Shown here piece after piece: positions 49,202 through 64,000 of a stretch of DNA of 64,000 nucleotides. A program made the position numbers and the translations under genes. Position 1 is the stretch's first letter. Each line of letters opens with the position of its first letter. The notes under the pieces are model-generated. The model searched no databases. It was not told where the DNA came from and saw nothing but the letters and a program-made list of their open reading frames with translations. The DNA lies in assembly GCA_964016885.1 (NCBI GenBank), contig OZ024745.1, positions 41,292,001 through 41,356,000 on the forward strand. Direction: 5' to 3'. This stretch comes from Eledone cirrhosa (Eukaryota).

Positions 49202-49649
49202 ACTAGCAGCCATACCGGGTGTTGCCCGGGTGTACGTCTACCATTAGTAAATAATTTTTTTAAGAGAAAACAAGGTAGCACGAACCCCCCAAAAATATTT
49301 ATTTTTAACCATAAGAAGTATGTGTTATTCGATGTAAAAACGGTAAAATGTTATGGCATATGAAAGGTGAATGAGTGTAAAAGTGTGACGTTGACGCGGT
49401 GAAGCTCCAAACGCGAACTATGCCACAAGGAAGTCAGCAGCCCAAAAGTGACACATGGAATTTATGACAATAATGTGAAACGCCACACGCACATACACAC
49501 ACACATACACTCACGCACGCAAACGCTCAAACGCACGCAAACTCACGCACGCACGAACACACACACGCGCGCATGCACACACACACGCACACATGTTCTT
49601 TACTTATAGCTTTCATTCCCCTCTTCCACTGTCATGTATCAAACACAGC

Positions 49650-49702
<53 letters not shown>

Positions 49703-49985
49703 GCTATCCCCCTCTTTTAGTCTGTCTGTTTCTTTCACTCTCTTTCTTTTTCATATTTATAGATATAGAGATTTTTCTCTGTGCAAAGTCGTACCTATAG
49801 TCAGTTTTATCGATTTTTTACCTGCACAAATGGGGAGTCGATCATTCACAATGTATTGGCGGCCTGCCCTGATAAATTTGTGGTTGGTTGATTACAAAAA
49901 CAATTTTGAAAATCGGGCTTGCGGATCAAAAGTTGCTGCGGAACAGAGACACACACGCACACACAGACATTTTCATTTATATATA
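49202..49985 (+). mobile_element. Non-autonomous Helentron/HINE-like element
   Basis: Starts actagcagccataccgggtgttgcccggg; internal CA/CT microsatellites; ends aaaatcgg...cacagacattttcatttatat. Confidence 0.6.
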
Positions 49986-50183
49986 TATTGAAAGGATAAG
50001 AAGGAAGATTGGTTACTCCTTCATTACATTTATTGGTAGGTGACGCGCGTTTCGCCACTGATCAGCTCAAGGTTCGATCGGTATCGATCCTACCCGACTC
50101 AATGGTCGGCAGCTCGACGGACCCTTTAAAAGGCTATAAGAAAAGTTACACCCCCTGGATATATATATATATATATATATATA

Positions 50184-50582
50184 GAAGTGGTTACGCAACA
50201 GTTAGTTCACCATAGCGAGAACAATTGTTTAACCTTAGCGGATCCTCAGCTCGTAATGGTCATCGTTATACGGAACAGGAAGGACAACCGTACGAGCGCG
50301 CATGCGCAGAAACCGTCACTTCACACAGGCAATACTAAAAAGCGTGCGAGAGGTGTCAGGGAGATAACTGCGAAAGTCCGAAAGTTTCTAGTTGATAAGA
50401 AAATTAGGATGTTGTTGTAATTCAATCCGTATAACCATATCGATTACGAGCTGAGGATCCACTAAGGTGAAACAATAGTTCTCGGTATGGTGGACTAACT
50501 GTTGTGTAACCACTTCTACCTAACTCGTCCCATGGACTGAGTGCTCTACCACTACGGATATTACCTTCCAGTGTTCTACCAC
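50184..50582 (-). mobile_element. Fold-back copy of family E with a ~65-nt right tail; HHRs 50216-50253 (minus, degenerate) and 50447-50484 (plus)
   Basis: cgag-CTGAGGA-tccactaaggt-GAAA-caatag-TT-ctcg; arms are reverse complements. Confidence 0.82.
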
Positions 50583-50627
50583 TATATATATATATATATT
50601 TTAATAAATATATATATATATATATAT

Positions 50628-50882
50628 GGTATTAGTATTGGTGCTCTGATATAGCGATGTATACATGATTGTGTGTATAGTATATTTGACGATATACTGT
50701 ATGATTAATTGAAAACATCTAGAATACCATTCGCTATGAATTTTAAAGTAGTGACTAGTGTCATTTATTTAATCTCGCCGAGATTTAGTAAGTGACATAG
50801 TCACTACTTTAAAACTCTTAGCGAATGGTATTCTAAATGTTTATAATTAAACATACAGTATATCGTCAAATATACTATACAT
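50628..50882. mobile_element. Fold-back island with a left tail, no HHR seen
   Basis: gtatagtatatttgacgatatactgtatg... mirrored around ~50778. Confidence 0.7.
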
Positions 50883-50887
50883 ACATT

Positions 50888-51129
<242 letters not shown>

Positions 51130-51139
51130 ATATAATATA

Positions 51140-51189
<50 letters not shown>

Positions 51190-51217
51190 TATATATATTA
51201 TATATATAATATAATAT

Positions 51218-51351
<134 letters not shown>

Positions 51352-51356
51352 AATAT

Positions 51357-51403
<47 letters not shown>

Positions 51404-51412
51404 TATATATAT

Positions 51413-51635
51413 AAATATTAAAACAATGAAATTAAACAAAACACGGTTAATTCATACTATGAATTAACCGTTTTTTGTTTAATTTCATTGTTTTAATATT
51501 TCTATTTTTGACTCTGTATCCAATGAATTATATCGTTGAAAATTTTGTATTTTAAACTTTGCTTCACGACATCTTCTACATGCGGATTACATTGAGTTCT
51601 TCATACGGTTTAGACCCTACCATTAATTGGTGGAT
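51413..51635. mobile_element. Fold-back island (51413-51501) with a right tail
   Basis: aaatattaaaacaatgaaattaaac...gttaattcata-c-tatgaattaac...gttttaatattt. Confidence 0.65.
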
Positions 51636-51864
51636 ATATCTCTATATATATATATATATATATTTAATACACTAACAGAGATAGCTTAAAGCTAAACTCT
51701 GACTGGTAACCATCTCACTCAACACACATTAGGTTATATGTTAGTATAAACCCAATTTAAGTGTTTGGGGTGCTAACTATATGTATTATGTGGAAAGCCA
51801 GTTGTATTATTTTATGAGATATAATTAAAGTTAAAATATATCTCTCTTTCCAAACAATTGTTTC

Positions 51865-51921
<57 letters not shown>

Positions 51922-52098
51922 GGTCTCATAAGACAATTGTGGATATAAAATTCACAATAATCTATACTAGCGGTCACATAAAATTGTATGTGAACCTGTT
52001 ATGGCTTAATTACTGTAAGTTATTAATTTGTCTTTTCGTTTACTCAATTGACAGCGCTATCGTTTTTTTTTAGGCGCTGTGACACTGGGTAGACCAGC

Positions 52099-52644
52099 AA
52101 TACTGTAGCTAATGGTTGAAACAGCCAAAGCCCGTCTCAGCATACCGTAGGTAATGGTCGAAACTACCAAAGCCCGTCTCAGCATACTGTAGGTAATGGT
52201 TGAAACTACCAAAGCCCGTCTCAGTATACTGTAGGTAATGGTTGAAACTACCAAAGCCCGTCTCAGCATACTGTAGGTAATGGTTGAAACAACCAAAGCC
52301 CGTCTCAGCATACTGTAGCTAATGGTTGAAACTACCAAAGCCCGTCTCAGCATACTGTAGGTAATGGTTGAAACTACCAAAGCCCGTCTCAGTATACTGT
52401 AGGTAATGGTTGAAACTACCAAAGCCCGTCTCAGCATACTGTAGCTAATGGTTGAAACAACCAAAGCCCGTCTCAGCATACTGTAGGTAATGGCTGAAAC
52501 TACCAAAGCCCGTCTCAGTATACTGTAGGTAATGATCGAAACTACCAAAGCCCGTCTCAGTATACTGTAGGTAATGGTCGAAACTACCAAAGCCCGTCTC
52601 AGTATACTGTAGGTAATGGTTGAAACTACCAAATCCCGTCTCAG
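52099..52644. repeat. 42-bp minisatellite, ~13 homogeneous copies
   Basis: atactgtaggtaatggttgaaactaccaaagcccgtctcag(c/t); cccgtctcag at 52131, 52173, etc. Confidence 0.95.
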
Positions 52645-52948
52645 CTGCTGAACAGCTTGCAGTTTTGTGTCTTGTTTTTTTCAAAAGGATTCCCCTTTAA
52701 AACATAATTTAACATCCATGAGGTCGGTTGTTCTCGTCTGGGGATACGGTCAGATCTATTGGGGACGAACACTTTTGATGACCCTGCCTCCACGAACCTC
52801 TCAAGAATATGTGAGCAAAGAAGAAGAAGAAGAAGTTATATGAAATAAACGTTAAGACAAGTTACATAATCATATTGATATATATGTATTATTACATATG
52901 AATGGTAATACAGTAGTGTATACAATCAATAGATAGATAGATAGAGAA

Positions 52949-53041
<93 letters not shown>

Positions 53042-54327
53042 AAGAGATATAGATATTATCCTTATGTAGTATATATTTAGACCTGTCGTCAAATAATGTA
53101 TATTATCTGCAAAATATATACAAGTGTTTGTCGTACATCGGCGTTATGATATATGTACATATAATAAACAATATATAAAGATATATAGGTCGATTTGTCG
53201 TTATATTGATAATTGAAATGTAGGTGTTGCTTAATCGAGCATTGCATTAAACATTGTAATTATATAGAGATCATGAGATCTTAGCATAACTTCATTATAT
53301 TCTTCCATAATTAGATATGAGCCAGTTTTCAAATACAGTGAATTACTGACGTGATGCACATTAATCACGAAAAGATAGTTATTACAGTATAATATTGATT
53401 TGCAACATAGGACATAGGCGCAAGGCTTCTTACATTGCGAGATAGTACTCGACTTTTATTTACTTTATCGACGTACGAAGTAAGAAAGACAAAGCTGTGT
53501 CGGTTTTCGGCAGTCACCAAATTTCACAACGCTTCCTAACGTTTATTAGAAATCTCCGGGTGAAGTTTAGAACGATGATACTGCTTCCCTACGAAAAGGT
53601 TGCAACTGAGAAATGAAACGGCTTTGCAGTGTCAGGCTGCTCCATATGATTTTGTTGTCATAAATAGGATGCCCGACCTGGAAGAAAAGGTAACGAAATC
53701 ACATGCGAATCAACCAGCAACTTCCAAAACAGAAACATATTGTATAATATAGTCCCATGTGCACTGTGTCTAAAAATAAAGTCACATTTGGAATGCCTTT
53801 GATTCTAGGTATGCTCAACTGATATTAAAAGACAAAAACAATTCTCATACACATTGGTCCCTTTTGATTTAATACAATAGTCGTACATTTTAGAGGGAAA
53901 AGCGGTGGTACTGTGATGTCCAATATTTTCCAATGAGAATTAGCAGGCTAATTAAAATTTAATTAGTTTCAAGCTGAGATATCCCTGAAATGTTAAAACA
54001 GAATGGATACTGCTAAAAGAATTCAAGCTTGTAGCGTTAAACAAGACGGCGGCTTAAATCTACTATTCAAATAAGCTATGTCTAGATTTTAACTCGGACT
54101 GCAAAGAGAGAAATCAAAATCTGGAACTCTAACTACTTAGTAAGTACACCGCCCTAAATTGGTAATATATTTACCCACACCGATAAGCTGAAATGTAAAG
54201 TTTACCTCGAAGGGATATAAACTCAGAATGTACGAAGCCGGTGTAAAGCTCACAAGGTATCTTCTCCTACAACCTCACGATTCTGCCAATTCACCGCCTC
54301 CAAACTATTGCTTACATCGTATGAGTA

Positions 54328-54485
54328 ATAATTGTTTCTACTTTTGGCACAAGGCCAGCAATTACCCAGTACATTACTGGTACTTTATTTTAACGATCCC
54401 GTAAGGATGAAAGGCAAAGTTAACCTCGGCGGGATTTGAACTCAGACCGTAAAGGGACGTAACTATGCTGGAAAGCATGGCGTCC
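54328..54485 (-). mobile_element. tRNA-derived SINE copy
   Basis: ggcacaaggccagc...aaggatgaaaggcaaagttaacctcggcgggatttgaactcag; related copy at 59640-59810. Confidence 0.7.
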
Positions 54486-55579
54486 GACTAATAATGATAC
54501 ATATAATGATTCATATAATAATGATTCATATAAACTATTGTTTTCTAGATGACGCAGGCATGGATGAATGTACAAAGAGTTGGCTTCGCAGGCATGAGAC
54601 ATTCGGTTCGATGATACCAACGTGCAACTTCTTCGTCAAGTGAATGTAGCTGAGTAGAGGGAAACGGAGGGGAAGCATGTTGGTTGGTTAACACCTGCAA
54701 TTTAAAGGCCTGTCCTTGTCGTATATTATGTCACATTGATTCTCACTGAATTATTTAAGAGAACACATGTCTCTGGAATACTCAACCACTTACAGGTTAA
54801 TTAGAGGCATATCTAGGACATTGTTAAAGGCACAACATTTCCTATATATACTTTAGTTGAATGTCTCAGCTTATGTTGCCCTTGTAAGAAACTCTAAAAT
54901 GATATATAGTTGTATCCAGACTACAATATTCCAACTGAATGTAATTTTAATTATGACTAATTCAAAAATATCCGCAAGCGTTACATTTAACTCATTGTTA
55001 TTCTTCGTGTTTCTATGTTTTAGGCTGTTATTTTTATGGTTGTTCTTACTATTCATGGTATTGTTGTTCCTATTATTATTGTTATTTTTGTTATTGTCGT
55101 TATTGTTGTTCTTGGTATACTGCTGTTGTTTTGGTTAATTTTTCAAGGCGCGAAAGATGTCTTTTAAGAATATATGAAAAATTCTTGTATGTTTACAATA
55201 TAATGCAACGTTAGCAAAATTGAAAAAAGAACACGGATGTATAAAAGAAGTAAAACATCTTTTGTAATTTGTTCATGCTGAGAGACGTCTGCTAAATTTA
55301 CTGGTGAACTAAAAAGCTAAATGCTATTAGTGAATGAGAGACATAGATATAAACGAAACTTACATTGAAAGAAATCGTCCTTAAGACATCAAAAAGACTA
55401 AACAGTATGTCTGTGTATAGTATTACACATCAACAATACCTGTGTCTAGTTATATATCCAGCTCTTCATAAATATGTGTTCCTATGTTAATGGAAAATAT
55501 ATATAAATAGCAATAATTTAATAGATATATATTTACAAAACATGAATATAGAATAAACAAAACATTGATAAAAAAATAC

Positions 55580-55613
<34 letters not shown>

Positions 55614-57109
55614 TTTTTTTATTTGAAACAGCTGGATATTACACTAATCAAATTAATATCCTGATTTTCATATATTTAGCAGTTCTTCGGGTTAACATAT
55701 GTTATTTTGATTGTATTTTCTGTGCTAATAAAAATGGAAAAATGGAAACCCTATTAAGCATTTAGCCATACGCGTGCCCATTTTCATAAACATTTATTTT
55801 CGTTTACTTTTTAATGTTTATATGACCGACAGAAAATTTTTATATGACAGAAACCCTCCTATAATCTTTTCCAGATATACGACGTAAGTTGGGTTACCTG
55901 GTGGTAGAAAGTAAAGATGCTATCCTCACACTGGAGATCTGGCCAGAATCCTTGCAGCAATGGGAACTCCATAAAAGGCACCTAAGTGGTATATAATGAT
56001 GTTAAAGGAGGTGATACATTACATATAATTCCCATTAACTGGTTTCCATTTTGTTTCAGTTTTCAAAATTTCCCTAACACTGAATCATATCTATTGGTTG
56101 TGTTTATCTGAAATAGAATAGGCACACCGTATATCCATGTGTTGTAAGAAGTGACTAAAAGTGTTGGCTCTAGACAGGGTATTGAGCTGTAAAACATTAC
56201 CCAAAAAAGATACCATGTTCCGAGGCCCACAATGCTACAAACGACTTTAGTAGGAAGAAATGGCTTTAAAACATGTTATATTTAATAGAAACTATGTGTG
56301 GAACCTCTTACCGTAGGTCGTCAAACGATGTATTTTCGAAGCTAACTACATATCGAGTATTTATACAATTATATTATTATACAGCCATATCGAGTATTTA
56401 TACAATTATGAGGAAGTATATTAATATTCTGATAGCAGAAAATGGGTAGGGGTGAGGTTACTACGCGGTTCTTCCGTAAAATTTAATTTTAAACACATTC
56501 AACAATACTAAAAGAACGATAAATCTAATGGAGTCCAAGATAGCGTATCAGATACGAGGATGTCTTGGTTATAGTTCTGCTGAGTCGTATTTGACCTGGG
56601 GTTAAACAACTAAAGAGCAATGATAGAACATAATCTAACACAATAACCGCCAGAAACGACATTAACCTTTCTATCACTATATCTCTAACAAAGTAGTATC
56701 AATGTGTTTCAATTAATTTTCGAAATAATCAACAACATAGATATTGGTTACAATAACTATATGGAATTATTGATTTTTTTTGTTGACGTGGTTGTTTATC
56801 CCTAGCTAATCAAAAGTGCTCCATCTAAGCACATCTCGTTATTTTTGTATTTAATACTAGATTTTCCAAGCGACGCCCTTCCTTTCTTAAAAAATCATGT
56901 TCTTCCTGATTTAAAAAAAAAAATGGTCTTCCTTTTGTAATTAAAGGCAGATTGGCTATTACCTCTAAAACCTTTTCTTTGTGAGTATGTATAGAGAAAG
57001 AGCGATGGAGGAGGGAAAATAGGATGGGCAAAGAAAGGTACATAGTAGAAGACAAACAGGGAAACAAAGAATATGGGAAATAACAGGACTACAAAGGCAA
57101 ATAAGAGAA

Positions 57110-57614
57110 ATGTATATATATATCTATGTATGTGTGTCTGTGTTTGGACAACTTTGGACAGCTAAGGCTTTTACAATTCCCAACCGAATTTGACCTTATT
57201 TTCTGTGCACGTTGCACCCGTCGCTAAGAAGGTCACATCGCAAACATTTTTCAAATCAACCCACGTTGAGCAATAAAAAATCGATAGCAAAATTATTTTT
57301 TCTAAAGTGCATGATGTAAGGTAGAAATCAATCAAAATAAGATCCTTATGGGACTTACCATTCAAACTGTTGGGACCTAGCACTTTTCAGCTGTAGCTTG
57401 CACATTTTTTTGTCACTCGCGACAAAATTGTAAGTGTTATTTCTCTGAACTACAAGGCTCTTAAGCGAGCATTGATTTTCTTCTAAGTCACATGCCTGTG
57501 TCAGCAAACCCATAAAAACTAAATCCTTATGGGATTTTCCATTCAATTTAATTCATAGTTGTATATTCTTAGCATAATTTCAAACCCCGGGAAACGCCGG
57601 GTAAATCTGCTAGT
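57110..57614 (-). mobile_element. Non-autonomous Helentron/HINE-like element
   Basis: Minus strand starts actagcagatttacccggcgtttcccggg, like 49202; ends in a cacagacacacatac tract. Confidence 0.6.
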
Positions 57615-58015
57615 ATATACATATATATATATATGTGTGTGTTTATTGTGTGCCTGTGTGTGTAAGTGTGTGTGTGTGTGTGGGTGTGGGTGTGTGTGTG
57701 GGTGTGTGTGTGTATGTGTGTGTGTGTGTGTTTGTATAGGTTGAATGGAACAGTATGTGAAAGTAACAGGCAAGTGACAGAGCGTTCCACAGCCTCGTGA
57801 ATTATTTGGACCGTTCAGCTAAAGGTACTACTGATACTCGCTTGCTGAGTGAACAAAAACTTCGAGAAATAAATACAAGGTTCCACCTGGAATCGAACTC
57901 ACGAACTCATGAATGTAAGTTCAACAATTTAAAAATTAAGCAGCACACATATATGTGTGTATTTATGTAAATACGTAAATGTACACTTAATATAGTTTAC
58001 AATACATGCAAATAT

Positions 58016-58070
<55 letters not shown>

Positions 58071-58140
58071 TGAGGCATAAATGGATAGTTGTATATACAC
58101 TATATATATATATATATACACACATATACATAATTATATA

Positions 58141-58254
<114 letters not shown>

Positions 58255-58685
58255 AAATCATTTGTATATTTACTCACATACAAATGGGTATGAATCATGT
58301 CAGAACTGGACACCTGAATAACTGTATGTGCGATGTCGTGAAAGACAGCTATTATTATATGTATCTAGAATGCATATGCAGATCTTAGTTGCTGATGATT
58401 ATAGAGAGATAACGTTGGCTGGTCATATATACACCCTAATTATACATGACCGAAGACGGACCACTAGTTAACGAGTTGCTGGCACGATACGCATCGCTTT
58501 ATATGGTACATAGAGAAACATATCTGCAGTTTTGTATATATTTTCATATATTTTCATATATATATATATATATGTGTGTATCCATGTATATTTATACATA
58601 TATATATATATACACACATACATATGCAAATATATATATGTATTTATGTGTGCAAGCCCGTATGTATGTTTGCATACACACACAG

Positions 58686-58772
<87 letters not shown>

Positions 58773-60386
58773 GAAAGAAGGCGTTAGAGAGAAAACGGAA
58801 AATAATATCCTATCATAGTATATGTTGCATCATATTAGCAAGCTTCTCAGCTGTTATTTCTTTAAAACAGGTTGCTGTGTTGTTAATGGTGTTAATGGAT
58901 GGTATTTTGGATATAATTTCTAACGATAAACATTGTTTTGTCTGTTTCATAGCATTAGAATATAAATTAAAGAAGTATATATATTGCTGTGGTGTATCAA
59001 GTTTCTATTGATGGAGTGCAGCGATCAATTCCTATCGATGAATGAACTCAACTTCAATAAATCGAAGAACAGAACAGGTAAATTCTCTAGTATAAATATT
59101 AGTTGTGGGTTCAAATCCCAATGAAGTGTACTTTGTTTTTTTCATTTTTGTGTGTGTGTGCGGGTTGATATAATAAAGTACCAGCGATGCACTGAGGTCG
59201 ATCTAATGTTCTTTTTTTCTGCCAATGAATTTGCGGCCATGTGCTAATGTTAAAAAAATCATTACTAGTTTAATTGTTGTTCTATGAATATTCAAATGCT
59301 GATATAATTTGTTATGTTTGAGTTATATAATGTCAGAAGATTGTGACCAAGCTCAGAAAATATCTGATCAGATTGAAGAGTTCTCATCTATTTCTTTGGA
59401 GAGAGTCACTTACTACGTGACACGGCTCCATTCGCTGTGAATTACCTCTATCTGGTAAATAATTTCTGAACTGGAGAATAAGAGATAAATTGATGTTATG
59501 CATAGAATCGGAAAGATTCTAATTGTATATAAAAGAAAAGACAAACATACTGGAAACTATATATAGATATATACATATGTGTGTGTTAAGTATTTCCGTA
59601 TAGAAAGTAAGAGAGGGGAAATGAGAAGGAGATATTGAGGAAGAATCGACCTCAGTATTAGACTGGTACATTTTTTTTTATCGATCTCGAATGGATGAAA
59701 GGCAATGTTGACCTTGGAGGGATTTAAACTCAGTGAGCAGAGAGCCGGGGCGTATACCATAAAGCATTCGAATACCATAAAATTCTAAGGACTCTGGCAA
59801 TTCGCCGCCTCAAAAAACAATAACCCTAAACTAACGAAAAACAAACTAGACAAAATATAACTCTCCGGTTAAATAAAAACCATGAAAGTCCCGTTAAAAC
59901 AGATTTTTCAACTTGGATCACATGTAAAATATTTCTTTCATCAAGAACTAGATAAAAAGAAAAACAGACGAAATAGCCAAAACACACACCACAATAAATA
60001 TTGTTACCTAGAGAACTTAAAACCTGTCCGTTATCTAGTTATTAAGAGAACGAACCTTATAAATCCACAACTACCCTCAAAATGTCCTATCTGTTTAGTT
60101 ATAAGTACCATATAAATTAGTGTAATATAATCTGTAGCGCAATAATTACTTAATCCTATCAAAAGAAAAAAACATTTGGACAAGAGATATTTCAGGAATG
60201 ACCTTCGGCCACACGTACTCACAAACACACACACACATCCATATGTATATAAATATATATGTGTATGTGCGTGGGTTTGTATGTGTATGTGTGTTTGTAT
60301 ATATATATATATATATCCAAAATTAAGATAAATCAAAATGAATTTAATCTAAATCAAATTATGGGTGTCATGCCAGAAAGACATGC

Positions 60387-60420
<34 letters not shown>

Positions 60421-60424
60421 CATA

Positions 60425-60472
<48 letters not shown>

Positions 60473-60483
60473 AATATATATAT

Positions 60484-61412
60484 CTCTGCGCGGAAGGCTG
60501 GCCAAGAGACACTCCACCAGACATGACAACTGCTGCAGACTAGCCAACTGCCCCATCAACGACACAGACCTATGCCACCAGGCTTACGTAGTATACAGAC
60601 TAGAGTGTGACAAATGCAACAACTTCTACGTAGGTAGCACCACCAGACCACTCCACAAAAGAATAAAAGAACACCTCAATACTAACGCTTCCTCATTTAA
60701 GAAACACCTAGTTAAATGCAAAAACACCGATAAAACCATAACAGTTAGGATAGAAACTAAGGAAAGAAACCTCGGCAATCTTAGAATTAAGGAAGCACTA
60801 ATTATAGATAAAACACATCCACCAATCAATAATAGACTAGAACTCAACACCCAATTTATAACCTGATAGGGCCTCTAGCCCCATATTTACACACCCCACA
60901 CACACAGACGCACGCGCACACACACACGCTTACACCTCCACTTATTCTCTCTCACACATACACACACAAAACCAGTTCTAACACCAGATAACACCTACCC
61001 CCCACTTTTACGAATAGACCTATCTTCCCACACTCACACACACACACCCACATACCTACACCTTCATGCATTCTCCCACACACGTATACAGGCATGTATA
61101 TAAAATAAAAACAAAAAAAACCCTAAACAAACCCCTTTTAAAGGGAGACTACTCTTTATCCACCTAATTTTAATTCTTTGATATTAAAGATAGAACAGAT
61201 ACTCTATACTATTTCCGGTCAGCATGGCTTGGCTAGAGATTTAAGGCGCTGGTTTGAGACCTTTATTTCCCTCCGAAGAAGAGATATTATCTCGAAAATT
61301 AAGGACATTTAAATAAATTCAAGGTAAATTCTCAACAATATCTTTTACAATTGCATTCTTTTTTCTATGTCCATACCTGCATTGTTTTGGCTTTATTACA
61401 CATATTCAAACG
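60484..61412 (+). mobile_element. 5'-truncated PLE of a third family, with 3' UTR and a minimal HHR candidate (61270-61304)
   Basis: GIY-YIG frame, then cct-CCGAAGA-a gagat att atctc-GAAA-at-TA-agg; (TA)n flanks. Confidence 0.8.
60486..60866 (+). pseudogene. Cys linker + GIY-YIG endonuclease C-terminal fragment (no start codon; absent from the ORF track)
   Basis: Manual translation: ...CCRLANCPINDTDLCHQAYVVYRLECDKCNNFYVGSTTRPLHKRIKEH...IKEALII...PPINNRLE...*. Confidence 0.9.
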
Positions 61413-61434
61413 TTTATATATATATATATATATT

Positions 61435-61539
<105 letters not shown>

Positions 61540-61894
61540 TTTCTGAATTTGTTTAGCAAGATCCTTTATCTGAAATCGTGTGTTGAAACCGATATTGTTA
61601 TACTTTGGGAGGGTCATGTTGCCGATAAGAAACACACGCACCAGTTGCTTTCACTTCAATTTATTATATATTTATAAATTTATAAATTTACAAATTTACA
61701 AACTTATAAATTTCTGGTTGGTTGGTTGGTTCCACAACCAGATAGTTGTTTATATATAGTCATAGTCCTTTCGTCACACACTCTGTGACCTCTTCAGTGA
61801 CTGGGGATTCCTTTCCTTTATTTCTGTGCCTTTCCTTTCTTCTATCCTACGCCATTTTGTTTCTGTGTGTGTGTTGTGTGCTCAGTTTGCGCAT

Positions 61895-63400
61895 GCTAAG
61901 CTTACCCATAGTAATAGTTACCTAGACACTTATGACCTTAGCAACCTGTGCCCTACAAGACCAGCAAGAGGCAGACCACCTACCATTACCTCAATGGCCA
62001 AGAAAACCCACACAGATAGATGGAACGGGTGGACCAGAGCCATACGGACACCCGAAAACCACGATGAACTGAAGAAAATGATTGCACATGCGGTAGGGGC
62101 CAGCATAAAATTAACCCTTAAGGAACATATGTTCAAATTTAATGGTAAAACATATTCCCAAGAGGAAGGAGCAGCCATTGGTGTTAGCATTGCAGGCGAC
62201 ATAGCTAACTTATTCATGGTATGGTGGGACAGTAGACTTAAACAAAAACTTAAAGAACAATTAGAAGACAGCTTAACCCTGATAATGTACTCCCGCTACG
62301 TAGATGATATAAACATCGTAGTTAAGACACCCCCTCTAAAGAACAGTCAGGAACTAGAGAAAAACACAATGGAAAGCATCCAGTAAATAGCAAACTCCAT
62401 CCACCAGAGCATTAGAGTTACTATAGACTACCTAAGTAGACACCCCAACCATCGATTACCTGTACTAGACACAGAGCTCTGGTTAGATACCATTAACAAC
62501 CAAAAACAAATCCTCCATTCCCATTATGCCAAACCCATGACTTCCAAACATCTGATCCACCGAAACTCGGCCATTTCGGACCATACCAAAATCAACATAC
62601 TGATTGCGGATTTGGTACGGGTGATGAGAAATGTGTCCCGCATGTGCAACCCCGAAGAACTAGAGAGACACATACAACACTTCATCCACCGTATGCAGTT
62701 CTCTGGCTACAATCATAGAGATAGAATCAGAGTGTATAAAGGAGTCAGAACCAAATGGGAAAAAATGGTAAATAATGACATAAATGGGACCTGCCCCTTG
62801 TATAGGAGCAAATTTTGGAATAGAATAGAAAGAACTAGGAACAAGGCCAATAGAATAAACTCATGGTATGATAGCAATAAATACCAGAGTGTAATGTTCA
62901 TCAATACAACCCCTAGAGGCGAACTAGCCTACAAATTTAGAAGGGCCCTAAATAAACATAATCTCAATATTAAGATAGTAGAAAGACCAGGTACCTCCGT
63001 AAAAACACTTATTAGCAAGACATACCCGTTCCAAAGACCCTCATGTATAGATAAGAAATGTATAACCTGTAAAGTAAGCCCCCATATTAACTGTAAAACT
63101 AGAAATGTAGTGTATAGCATAAGATGTACAGAAGGACAATGTAGAAACAAAAATATAGTGTACATAGGTGAGACAGCTCGTAGTATAGGGGAACGAATAA
63201 ATGAACACTGGCGAGACCTCCAAGATAATAAAGAATCATCTGTACTCTACCAACATGCTAAGATAGAACACAGGGGTAGACTAGAGAACATAGAAATAAA
63301 AATAGAATCCACACACAGAAAAGACGCAATGTTTAGGCAAATTACAGAGGCAGTAAGCATAAAAGAATTAAAACCAAAATTAAATAGAAAATAGGAGTGG
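61895..63400 (+). pseudogene. PLE RT + Cys linker + GIY-YIG, with in-frame stops at 62384-62386 and 63392-63394
   Basis: QEEGAAIGVSIAGDIANLFM, YSRYVDDI, CIDKKCITC, NVVYSIRC..YIGETARSIGERINEH; collinear with PLE A. Confidence 0.92.
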
Positions 63401-63727
63401 AACAGCAACATCACAACTTACAATTAAGGACAAAATGAAAACACACACAGGACAAAATGAAAACACACACACATAGAACAAACAACTTACAATTAAGGAC
63501 AAAATGAAAACACACACAGGACAAAATGAAAACACACACACACATAGAACAAACAACCAACCAACAATAAATAAATAAATAAATAAACAAATAGATAAAT
63601 GAACACAAACACACACAGACACCCGGATGTGGCGCATGCGCAAACTGAGCACACAACACACACACAGAAACAAAATGGCGTAGGATAGAAGAAAGGAAAG
63701 GCACAGAAATAAAGGAAAGGAATCCCC

Positions 63728-63772
63728 AGTCACTGAAGAGGTCACAGAGTGTGTGACGAAAGGACTATGACT
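63728..63772 (+). ncRNA. Minimal type I hammerhead in the PLE B pLTR (mirror copy 61758-61802, minus)
   Basis: agtca-CTGAAGA-g-gtcaca gagtg tgtgac-GAAA-ggac-TA-tgact. Confidence 0.75.
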
Positions 63773-63930
63773 ATATATAAACAACTATCTGGTTGTGGAA
63801 CCAACCAACCAACCAGAAATTTATAAGTTTGTAAATTTGTAAATTTATAAATTTATAAATATATAATAAATTGAAGTAAAAGCAACTGGTGCGTATGTTT
63901 CTTATTGGCAACATGACCCTCCCAAAGTAT

Positions 63931-64000
<70 letters not shown>

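Noticed and set aside
59820-60180. Possible decayed PLE coding remnant (KCPICL)
   Set aside because: Too degenerate to support without an alignment

Overview
Eukaryotic, very AT-rich, apparently gene-free 64 kb. The repeat content suggests a cephalopod (Octopus-like), which is an inference. No host gene can be supported, and nearly all listed ORFs are (TA)n artefacts or antisense shadows. Recognisable coding elements: an intact RTE-clade LINE (APE + RT + three C-terminal C2H2 fingers), two 5'-truncated Penelope-like elements (RT + Cys linker + GIY-YIG), a third PLE GIY-YIG fragment and a CRE-type endonuclease fragment. tRNA-derived SINEs, Helentron/HINE-like elements and minisatellites are also present. 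The main signal is in the 'islands' inside the (TA)n tracts. Read by eye they contain more than 20 type I hammerhead ribozyme (HHR) motifs from more than 10 unrelated families. These include two non-coding tandem arrays (310-bp and 629-bp monomers, one HHR per monomer, retrozyme-like) and natural core variants (U3-A8 covariation, C4). Most islands share one asymmetric fold-back architecture: a 5'-truncated sense copy joined to an inverted copy that alone carries an extra 3' tail. All structures and coordinates were read manually. Ribozyme activity is untested.
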